The translations under genes and the position numbers were made by a program. A stretch of DNA of 64,000 nt from Daphnia carinata. Taxonomy: Eukaryota. The notes below the pieces were generated by a model that did no database searches, had not been told where the DNA came from, and worked only from the letters and a program-made list of their open reading frames with translations. The stretch is from the NCBI RefSeq assembly GCF_022539665.2, contig NC_081331.1, positions 13,640,001 to 13,704,000 on the forward strand, written 5' to 3'. The stretch's first letter is position 1. The number at the start of each line of letters is the position of its first letter. Shown here piece by piece: positions 35,641 to 47,244 of the stretch.

Positions 35641-38600
35641 ATGGATGACTTGGGTAAGGCAGACGATATAGATTGAGTTTTCAAAAACAGAAGCAAAGGC
35701 TCTAAACAAATTCATTTAAGCAGGCACTGGTTTTGTTATTGTTTGTCCCGAGGAGCCTGAGGGGTGTGCAAGAATGGGCAGACTAGAGAGTTACACAGTT
35801 GGGAGAGAGAGAGTAGTTTTTTTTCTGGAGGGAGTTAAGAGAGTGGGAGGGAAAAAGAAGCAGAGAAAGACTGAGAGAAAGAGCTCTGAGAGAGATGAAA
35901 CTTGTTGGTGGGATGGCAGTGAGAGCCGAAACAGCCAGGCTGACAGATGGGCCTGAACGCTCACTCTTGATTCTAGAGGTACCACAAAGGACCAAGGCAG
36001 ACAGTGGTTCTTGTTTTGTTTTTTTTTTATTTATTTTGCTGGTGATTGGATTGTCACCGTACCTACACCGTTTAAACATCATCCTCAATGGATCGCACTG
36101 TGTACGGCGAGGGCGACACGTCCAACGAGCCTTACGGTCTGACTTACCAGCCGTTCCGTTTGACCAAGAAGGACACTCCGGCTCCTGGATGTAAGTTGCT
36201 GTTTCCTCTGTCTTGGCCGTGGTCGAGTGGGAAGGAGGGGGATTCGTTTTGCTCTTTTGCCAATTTTTAAGCCCACCTGGGCAGGCACGTGTCCCGTTTT
36301 TCTTCTTTTGATGACGCATCCAACCATGAAGCCCTCCCAATGATCCATCTTTACAACACACTCACAGACAAACACGTGATTGAAAGTGACGTCACAGTAA
36401 GGACTGTTTTGTTTTTTTGCCTATATGCTCCCCTCCCGTGTGCGAAATTGCCGGTAGTTAAAGGTGCGGCCATGAAGTCGAATAAGATTCAAGTATTAAT
36501 GAAGACGCAAAGCAGCTTCCATTCGTGGAAAATTTCCTCAGGTAAAAGAACAAGGATAAAGAAATGCGGCATGTAGTTTGTCTGGTGACGTCAGTGAGTT
36601 GGTTGACCGTATTGGGTGTCGGATCGGGCCGAGCCTTTTAAGGTAAGGTTCGCCGTTCCCAATGTCGGGACTTGAGGAGGCACTGAAAAACTCACGCTGG
36701 GGAAAGTGGGTGGGCTGTTCTGTAGGGACGTACGTGCCCGTCATATAGAGAGAAAGAGAGGGAAGCTGTGTGTGTGGGAGCAAGAACGATGCAAGGACGT
36801 CTAAACTATGAGACTGTAGCGGTGTGGTAACCTTCCATTTGACTTGCTCCCGTCTTTTTTTTTTCCCTTTTAATTTATACCTAGAAAGTTGTCTCGTTCT
36901 TTTTTTCTCTCTCAGTTTTCATTCGGATGTCAAAAGTGTTGAACAGTTGGTGCAGCTGCACCACGAAAGGAAAGAAAAGTGGCTCGTCTGTCGGCATGGA
37001 AACACTCATCCAATTGCACGCAAACACAACAGGTTTCAGCTCTTCTTTTTTTCCTCCTTTAGGTGGTGGCCGATTCTCATCTGATTTCCATCTTTATGAG
37101 AAACTGAGGTGTCTAAAAGCTTGACATATGAGTCTGTCCTCATTTGGTCTGGTCGTCCCAATGTTTTATACGAAAACGTCTTGTATAGCCCGGATGTCGT
37201 CTCGTTTGCTGAAACTTTTTCTCCGTCGTTGGCGAAATTGTTGTTTGAAAATGAGTCAGCATTCGTGGCCACACATCCTGATCCGGTGACGTTAGAACAC
37301 AGCTGATCAACTATGCAGGCACGTCTATCTTTTTTAGCTGTAGTGCTTGTAATGCAACAAGTTCACAGTTTATGAAATGAGAAGGGGTCGAAAAACCTCA
37401 GAAAAAGAATAGTTGGACGAACGCCCAGTTTTGGGTGGAGCGCACACACACACACACTATCCTTTTTGTTTTTGTTTTTTTTCTTTTTGTTCTTTCCATG
37501 TGGGCCCAGTTATTTCTAACCTGGACTCCACCAATAACAACCACAGACATACACACAACCCATCTCTTTTTCTATTCCAAAGGCTCCTTTTTGGCTCGGC
37601 TCTGCGATTCAATCGCACTTTAGGCTTTTGTATAAGAGTCTGCGTTCGTGCTCGACACACGCTCAGTGCGCCGTCTCTACAAAACTGTTCTACACGACGT
37701 GTCTTTGTTGTTTGATTTTTTCCTGTGAAGTGTTGCCCGCTCAGTTTAGTGTCTTTTCTTTGGCTGTGGGGATTCATTTGTGTTCTTTTTCCGAGAGATA
37801 TCCTTGCCCAAAGTTTTAAAGGATTCCCCGAGAAGAAAAATAAAACTGTGGCAAGCGTGTGATTAACGATGACCCTGATGGCTCGTCGTGCGAGCGATAT
37901 ACGACCAGGAACGGTCGAAAACCTACCGGTGAAGGACGCTGCCGATTGCTACACACTCGACTGGGAACGTTCTCTGTGTAAATTAAAGCTTGAAACACAT
38001 TTCTTCTATTTTAAATGGATGCGAGCGGAAACGGTTGGAATTGAACGGCCGAATGCTGTGACGGGCACTTGAAACTGTTTGGCGGCGCCTGTTATACACT
38101 AGAAAACATTTTGGGTCCTTAGTTTCTTTTGATTGCCTTTTTTTTTTTAAAGATATTTTAATCATGTGGGCGAAAGCGGAACGAGGAATCCGTGAAAATG
38201 GATTAGGAATATTTTTGGGAAGGGAATGCTATTCGTTTCTGTAGTTGGATTGACATCCCCGTTTCCTTGCCCGCTATTGGTGGAGATAGGCACAATGAGA
38301 GCTAATGGAGGAACAGCTAGTCGAACCATTTCCTAATTTTGAAAAGTGACAAAAAAAAAACATTTGGGCGTTTCCCCGACGAGGATCGTATATTCATTCG
38401 CATTTTGCTTTTTTAAAGGCCAGACACGCCCTTGTTTAATCCATCATCATCACCCTATTACATTTGTAATGGTATACTTTCGTTGTACGAGCTGGTGGGT
38501 TCGTGTTGTACTAGGGCGTGGGTTTCACTTTGATTGTCTTTTTCTTTTCTCGAATCTAAAATTTTGCTCTTTCTAATTCGCAGATGCCTTGTTGGCCGAT

Positions 38601-41600
38601 TTGCAGACGACGCTGCACGCCAACGGTGCCAACCTGAACGACGGCAACGAGACGTGGGCCAACGATGGCCAGCACCACGTTACGTCACAGAGCTACCAAT
38701 ACCAACACGGCGAAGTCGATCAGCAGGTAAGACCTTACTGAACATGTTCCTGGTAAAAAGAATCGCATGAAAGCAGACGACGAAATGAAGTCATTGAAGT
38801 CCAGCGTTGAGTCTGTGACCATATTTGGACCGCCTGTTTTCAGTCATCCTGCTTGGGTCCATCGACATGAGCGTGTGAAATGTCTGTGGCATCTTCTCGA
38901 TGATTATAAATGGGAAAAATCCGTGCTGTCTAGCCTACGACCCGATTCTTCATCCATCATCTACACTCCCCTACGGATTGAGCCGACACAACTTGAACCC
39001 CCCACTCAGTGTTTAATGGCCGTGAAATCTGATGGGCTTAACTATTTTTTAAGAAAACGTGCGAGGCTTCACGAAGAAGCCAAAGGACAGACTTAGCAAG
39101 AGAATCATACAGAGTTCAGTTAAGTCATCGCTGAGGAGAGAGGAAGGAAGATCATAGACCGACGAAAAGCCAATAAGCTAATAATAGGATTGATGGCGGG
39201 CGGAAAGTTTTTGAGTCGCTCGCCAAGTTTTTTCTTTTGAAAATTTCCAGAAAAAGAAAATTACGTAAATAGCTTCAGATTGTTTATCCATCAGTCGGCC
39301 GAGGTGATTGATGATCTTTTCACGATTTCGCTTTCTCGTTGGTATTTAATTCGTAAATGTAGACGATAAAAGTTGAAATGCCTAACCGGCAACAGCAATC
39401 GGTTTCATATTCTGGGAGATGACTCAACGCCATGCTGTTGCTACCAACCCGTTTATGTACAAATCAAATTATTCCTCTCAGTTAGCGGTTGGTTCTCCTC
39501 CTCCTCCTATGTCCATAAATGACCCTGCCTCGGTTTACAGGTGTTTTGTCGATGGCAAAACAGAGAGAGAGAGGGACATTCCTACATGAGACGACATTTC
39601 GGTTAGTCGTAGAAGTAGTCTACTATTATGCCAAAAAAAACGAATATGCAAACCGGCTTTAAAAGGTGCGTTTTAGTTGGCAGCTATCGCTTTGTTTATC
39701 TTGGGCTGTGAAACTCGAAAACCTCGTTAGTTTCTAACGTCGTGCCTGTTGTCGTCAAAACAAAATAAAAAACCAAGTGAGTCTTTTTTGGAAGATAAAT
39801 GCGGAATTTTGATTTTCTCGCAGCCATTGCCGCACGTGTGGTGAATTGAATGGTGTCGTGCAAACCGCATCTGTTTTTTTTTTCCTCCTTTCATGACACG
39901 TTTTGCTTTTTTTTCAAGTCTAAAACCAAAGCAGACAGTCTCATGTGTTTGCATGTTTGTAGATTAAGAACGTCTGGCGCAATTTTATGGTACCGTTCCG
40001 ATTTTGCTGTTGCATGGGGATCGTTTCGCTTAGTAGAAAATAATGATTTTTTGTTGTTGTTGTTGTCGTTCTTTGCGTTGTTTTATTAATCTGTCGAGTC
40101 CTTTTGCGATGCTTAGCGAGTTGGCATGCACCAAACCTGTTATATGACCTCAATATTATCAAGAATTTCTGGCGTGTCGTCTGATAGGGTTTCGTTGTAG
40201 ACAACTGACCGATAACCTCTTTTGGACTACCCAAAAAAGAAGGGAAGATAAGACGTAGGATGGCCGCATTGTACGACCCAATGTGTCTCTTGTGTGTAAA
40301 CATAGTCGAAGAAATCCAATCATGGTTTTTTTTACGTTCGAGGCTATTTTATTTTCGGCCTAAATAACGTGAATCTCGGTCAAAGTTCCAGTCGCCTTAG
40401 ATGGAGACACGACCATGAGACCCCAAATGAGGTGGGCCATTTCGACCGGCTGTACCTAAATTTTTTTGTTCAAAAATTAGATTTTTCTTTTTATTATTTA
40501 ACAACTAGTCTTGAATAAAGATGTAGCAAATGATTGACGACATGTTTTCGTACCTCTAGGTAACGTATGCGAATCACGCCGAAGTTGTGGCAAGCCACAA
40601 CCATAATGCGCCGCCGCAACGCAATATGCGTGAGCTGGACACGTTACTGGATGATTTGAACCGCTCGCGTTTGTCGGCCGGCATTTCGAGCAGCTCGGTG
40701 GGACATAATAGCAGTGCCGGCAACAGCAACGATGGCCGTCCATCTGTCGATGCCCTACTCAACGAGCTCTCCAACGCCGTTCACAAGTACCTTCATATAC
40801 ACGACTTTCTTCTTTTTCTTTTCATTTTTCGTTTACGTTTATGTTTATCATTACGTAGTAAGGCTGTACATATATTCAATTGGTGCCTCGGCTTGAATGT
40901 TTTTTTTTTTTCTGTTGTTATGGCTTTCATTTTGAGTACCGCCACGAGCGATTGAGAAAGGGCTTATGTTGGCCGCCCTCATCCTATTGTTAAAATATTT
41001 TATCGGCCTTTTTTTTAAAAAAAGCTCTTTTGTGTAGGTTTCTGTGCTTTGTTTGTTCCGTTGTAGTAATGGCGTGCTTTTTCTTTTGTTTTCATTTCTT
41101 TTTCTCTTTTTTTTTCTTTTCTCTCAATGCGCGGCTTTCTTGTTTTTTTTTTTTTTTTTCAGTTCGGCCAATTATATCAAAAGGTAAAAAAATCTCGGTT
41201 TCAGAGCTTTCATAAATTTTGCGGTTTTCATAATAAGGCTTGTGTATACAGACAAGTTAAAAAACAATAACAATAGCCAATTGGTTTAATTTATTGTCCT
41301 CTTTGTTTTTGTAGTGACGGATCGCACAAGGGAAGTACCGGAGCCGCTTCATCGGCCACTGAAGAACTCGACGTGCTTATGGCATCTCTTTCCACTTTTA
41401 AGGTAGGAGATTCCTTTTTCATATTCCTTTTTTCATTCAAATTTGGCGCGATTCGGTTTTTTATTTTATTGTTTCGGTTGCGAACGCCATCTGTCGCCCA
41501 AACTATTAACTCCGTCGTAGAGAAACTGTTTATTATTTGAACTCGTGTGTTTTTTAGGAACGATGCGCGTTTGTTTCTTCACGCTTGTTTATTTTAAGAG

Positions 41601-44600
41601 TGTGTCGTGTTAGTATTAGAAGTCATAGGGTTCTTCTAGTCCGACTGCTTTCCTCCGATCCATTGCCGTGATGGATTTAGTGTCTTGAAGCAGCCGACCA
41701 AGCCGGATCAAGCACTCCGTTATACGATGGCGTCTGGTTCTAGTCTCTTCAGCTCCCCCTCTTTCGTGTTGCTGGACTCTGAAGTGTACGACTGTACTCG
41801 ACATGGCATGCCAGACATACCACCTCCCCCACGTTGTGATGATAAACCAAGACGGGAAATCCAAAAGAAACAAAAATGAACATGCTTTGCTCAATGCTGA
41901 ACGGATGGTGTTTGCAAACGCAAACATGTTGTTCAACTGCGTACGATGGGACGAACGAACGTACGTTCAAAAAATTTATCTTTTCCTTAAGCAAAGCAGG
42001 GTCGAAGCCCTAGCCTTATATATCTACCGTTTTTTCTCCGGGTGGCTTCATTTTTAAAAATAGATTTTGAATTCCCTTTTTTCCCGCTTTTTCTTCAAAC
42101 TTCCAGCGGACCAAGATCTTTTTTTCCCCCGTTTTATTGGGAAAAGTCCGGAGGATTTGAAGGACAAGCCACAGCAATGGTTACTAAGCTAAACGAGTAG
42201 GTGTCGAGTCAAAATTGATCGAGTCAAATCCATTAGACGTTGTTTGTGTTAGCGCTAAAACTCGTGACGGTCGCCCCTCGGGGAAGACTTTTCATATTTC
42301 AAGTCCCCAGCAGACCGACCGAACTCGAAATGGAATCGTCGTCTATCGAGTTTGAATGAATCATCGTGCAACAGTCGCCGTAGCTCTGGGTTTTTCTTGC
42401 GAGGAATTGACAGTACGATGATGGCAGGATGCGTGATTCCGCCCAAAGGAGCAAATGTTTTGTTTATTGACAAGGCTCATTATTTTTTTTTCTTCTCCTT
42501 TTAGAATAATAATTCGGGAGCCAAAACATTTAGAATTACCTCTTTTTTTTTTAAGAAAAAAAAAATGTTGATGATTTACACATTTTGCACGCGTGTAGAA
42601 GGGCGGAGCGGGCGGCTCTTCGGAACCAATGGCGACTGCGTCGTACTCAAAGATCGGCGACGCCACCTACGCCAAACCCAACAAAGTCCAGCGGGCCAAC
42701 ACCAAGGATCAGTTGGATTCGATGCTCGGGAACTTGCAGGTGACTGTCTTTCTAGCTCTCTCTCAAAAATCCCATCGCTTCATCATATTTTCAATTTCCA
42801 ACTTATTTCTCTAATTCGAATTTATTTCTTTTCTATTTTTTTATCGCTGCGCATTCAATCACAGGCTGACATGAATAAACAAGGTATCTCCGCCACTACT
42901 AAAGGATGTTGCACCGCCTGCGAGAAGCCCATCGTCGGGCAGGTTCGATTCCATCTCCATCTTCTTTTTTTCAGGAAACTTTGATCGAAAAAAAGCGTTC
43001 ACCTCCATCTTCTTTTTTTCTTACTCAACAAAAAACTTTTGCAATCCTTTCTCAATATTACCTGAAATACAGGTGGTGACGGCTTTGGGACGGACGTGGC
43101 ACCCGGAGCACTTTGTCTGCTCGCATTGTCGCCAGGAGCTGGGCACGCAGAACTTTTTCGAACGCGACGGACAGCCTTACTGCGAGCCGGATTACCACCA
43201 CCTCTTTTCGCCGCGTTGCGCTTATTGTAACGGACCCATTTTAGATGTACGTTCACCATTCGACACCGTCATGGAAATCGATTTCCAGCTGCTATTGTTT
43301 TGTTTACGTCATTCCCCATCTTGGTTCATTTTGGGTAGAGACATAAGCTGGGAGTTTGTCCGGCTGAAGGAGAAAGAGCTACCTCGTTCTCTCTCCTTCT
43401 TTCTGAATTGTATAAATAGATTTTTAAGTGCCGAACGAACTAAGCGAGCGATCGCACGCACGCACGCTGACGGATGAAGCAAAATGAATGGATGGACTAC
43501 GGTGTCAGACAGCTGGTCCGGTTCGCTTCCCTTGGCAGCTTGTTTTCACGTCCCGATTTTTTTTCGGGATTGTTTTTGTTATTCTCCTGTTTAGTTTTTC
43601 CCTAATCTTTCACTCTGTTTGCCCTTCATTAGAAATGCGTGACGGCGTTGGATCAGACGTGGCATCCGGATCACTTTTTCTGCACGCAATGCGGCTGCCA
43701 ATTCGGCGAGGATGGGTTCCAGGAGAAGGATGGAAAGCCTTACTGTAAAGAGGACTACCTTTCCATGTTTGCTCTCAAGTGCAAAGGTTGCAATTCGGCC
43801 ATCACCGAGGGCTACATTTCGGCTCTCAACGGACAGTGGCATCCCAATTGCTTCGTCTGCAGGGTAAGTTTGACATCCACCGAGTACAATGTTGTAAAAG
43901 ATCAAAGGTAAGTGTCGTAGTTTTTATTACATTCCAAAAAGAAAGAAGAATCAGCTGTTAGTTTTGTTTGTCGTCCGTTTCGTTGTTGACATTCTTATCT
44001 CTTACGGGGAATTTTTGGACGGAAAAAGGATTGTCGCACTTCGCTGAAGGGCGGCTCTTTTTACACGGTCGACTCGCGGCCCGTTTGCGGCAAGTGCATG
44101 GGCGTCAATTCCGACGATGAAGATGATGACAGCAAATGAAGAAAACACACACGACCAAAAAAAAAACAAAAACGACAAGCGCTTCTTTTCTTCTACCCCC
44201 CTTTCGCACTTTTTTTTCCCTTCTCTTCCGACCACGCCTACAAATCAAAATCAACAAAAACAATGATGTTCTAGTCACAGAGCAAAAATAACACCCACCG
44301 CCAAACGGGATATGCTCCCCGCCCAAGTGCCTTTTTTAAAATTATTCATTTGGCTACCAGTTTCTATCTCTTTTATTTTGTCTTTCTGTGTTGTGTGTCT
44401 TGTTTGTGTATGATGGCGATGATGAATCTTTCCGCACAAGAAAAAAAAAACAAAACAATATTGACAATGAAAGAAACAGCGAAAAAACAATACCGAAGTT
44501 ATACGCTAAAGTTAGTTAACTTAAAAAAAAAAAAGGGAGGGAAGAAACGAAAAGATAAACGACCCAAACTGACATTGGATGGATGGACTGGTGGCATTGC

Positions 44601-46060
44601 TCTATGTACCCAGTTGCTTACGATGCGGATGAGTTCACATCGTTACGCAAAAACGAGTTTCGAACCAAAGAAAAAGAGAGACTACTTGTCATTTTTCTTG
44701 AGACTTTCGGGAGTGTTAGTGGTACGAAATAAATCAGTCGTTGGGGAGGGGCAGAGGCAATTTAAATAAGTAGTTAGTTACGTTAGCAGTAGCTCATTTT
44801 TCAAAATAGCTTTTTTTTTTTTTTAGCTATTTTTGTTTGTTTTTTGGGGATTTGTGTGTCCTTGTTTTTGCGCAGTCTCCTTTGCATTTGTTTGTTGTCA
44901 TCGCCGACTTGACGCTCCTTTAGCTGCGGCCAAGATTGAATAAAGCGCTTCACAGCTGTGCCCAGCCGTGCCCGTCTTTTTACGAAAAACTAATTGAAAA
45001 CAAAAAAAAAAAAAATATAAAAAAAAAGGCGATTTTGTTTTTTTATTAAAGAAAAAGGAGAACAGACTGTAAACGACCGGATGACGCCATCACTGTCATA
45101 AGAGTTTTCTGCGCCGGTCGAAATAGCAGAAGAGAAACTATCTACAGGCCAGCAGCGTATAAATAAAGACATCCTCTGCTACTCTTCTTTTTTTTTTTTT
45201 AAATTTCTCCAGAAAAAGAACGAAAATATCCTTTTCTTTATGTTTTTTTCTTTTCCCCTTTTTACCCGCATAACGGCGCGCGATTCTCGTTTTTATTTTC
45301 ACCTATTTTTGGGTTAAGAGGCTTGACTAACCGCTACTAGTAGCGCCGTGTCAAACAATCACTTTGGTAACGAACTACTCCCCTTTATTTTTCTCCTCCT
45401 TTCGCCGATGTTTAATAGTTGTTATTAACTTTTGAAATCGTCTTCAATAAAACAAAGAACGTTTTCCTCCTTCAACTAAACGAAACGGACGACAGCCGCA
45501 ATTTTTGGGGAGGATCTTTTTATTTTTAAATCTTATGGAATTGTTATTGTCCTAGTAATTTCTGCATAATAGTACGAATTTCAAAAAAAAAATTATGATA
45601 ATAACATCGTGTTCTTATTTATTTTACACACAGGACTGCAACATGCAATTCCAGGGCGGATCATTCTTCGTTCACGAGGGGATGCCCTACTGTGAGATCC
45701 ATTACCACGCCAAGAGGGGATCGCTCTGCGCCGGATGCCACAAGCCGATTACCGGTACGTTTCTCTAATACGATTATTTAAACACCACAAAGTGAAAATA
45801 ACCAACAACCGTTTAACCTCATTTTCGTAGAATATCGCATATATTGCAAATGAATTTTTGATTGTTATTGTTCTTTGTTTTCGTTTCTGTTAACAATGAA
45901 ACGAAAAAAATTAGGTCGTTGCATCACTGCGATGTTCAAAAAGTTTCACCCAGAACACTTTGTCTGCTCTTATTGCCTGAAACAGCTGAAGAAGGGCACA
46001 TTTAAAGAGCAAGGAGACAAGCCTTACTGCCACGGATGTTTCGAACGCCTTTTCGGATGA
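35641..46060 (+). CDS. Pax: Paxillin (5 LD motifs, 4 LIM domains)
   Basis: Exon 35641-35653 (MDDL) joins 38584-38726 (DALLADL, LD1). Further exons: 40560-40786 ([18 protein letters not shown]), 41315-41402 (ELDVLMASL), 42599-42739 (QLDSMLGNL). LIM exons are 42864-42942, 43074-43246, 43633-43863, 45634-45754 and 45915-46060, ending [13 protein letters not shown]. Confidence 0.96.
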
Positions 46061-47244
46061 AGAGCGGAAGACTAAAAATATGTTTTTATGATCATTGCAA
46101 AATCGAAAATGATCTTTCTTTCGTTCATTTTTTTTTTTTAACATCTTCATGATGAGGAGAGGAGGAAGTTGAAAACAAGAAGACGACGGACGCACGATTG
46201 CCAATAACACAAAATGATAACACAATCGAATTGAATCAGCTCCTTCCTATTAAAAGATAAAAGAAACAAAGCGCATCAAAACGACACGCAGAAAAATGAA
46301 TTTCAATACTTAATTATTATCATCCATGCGATTTTTATATTTTTCTTTTTCATTCGATATCCCAAAATGGACATTTTGGGCGAAAAGATTAATTTTCTAA
46401 AAGTCCTTTTCCATACGCACACAAAAATATCTTGTCTCTTCCTATCTGTTGCTCCAATGTTTTCCTTAGTTGTTATTGTACACCATGTGAGGATATGAGG
46501 GGGAAATGAATTCTTGAAAGCTGCCCCTCCCCTAACGCTTGATTCACCGCCAAGACACATCATTTTAAACGTTTCTAAAAGTCAATGGGGGATAATGTTA
46601 TAATCGGAGGATTTCAAAAAAAAAAAATGCAATGCAGAAATTAGCGAACGAAAATGCAAACGGCGGTTGAAAGTGCGAAATAGACATTTATGTTAGGATC
46701 AAGAAATTAGTTTAAAGCTCTAAGAAATTGTTTCATGTTGTTTTTTTTTAACCTCCTCCTCTCCATAAACTTAACAACTGTATTAATTATAATTTCTTTT
46801 TTTTTTTTGGTTCAATTTGGTTCGTGAGTCTTCCTTCCGTTTTGTGTTTGTCCGTCGTCCAAAAAATGGAAAGCAAAACAATTTCGTGTACGTGTGTGTG
46901 TGTGTGTGTATAAACAAACAAAAAAAAATTGAATTGGAGTTCTGCTAACTTGACGTTCGGCTATAAAGTAGAAAGAAAATGAATTTAAAGTGGATGAAAA
47001 CAATAAACAAAATGGAAGGACTTGAGATTTGAAATTCAAAAATGTGGTAGGCGAGTGTATTTAATTATGTATAAAAATGTACAAAACATTTAGGGAAGGA
47101 ACATTTGCCGGGATATATCATAGAAGAAAAAAAAAACATTTTTTAACTTCTGACATGTTTGGTCACGTGTCAAAAAAATTTCAATTTGGTTGTTTTTCAA
47201 GTGACAAAAAATTTGTTTTAAAGCCATTAAAAAAAAAGTTGAAA

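Noticed and set aside
42940..42955. GGTTCGATTCC resembling a tRNA T-loop or B-box
   Set aside because: It is the paxillin exon/intron junction (cag|gttcga), and there is no cloverleaf or A-box around it.
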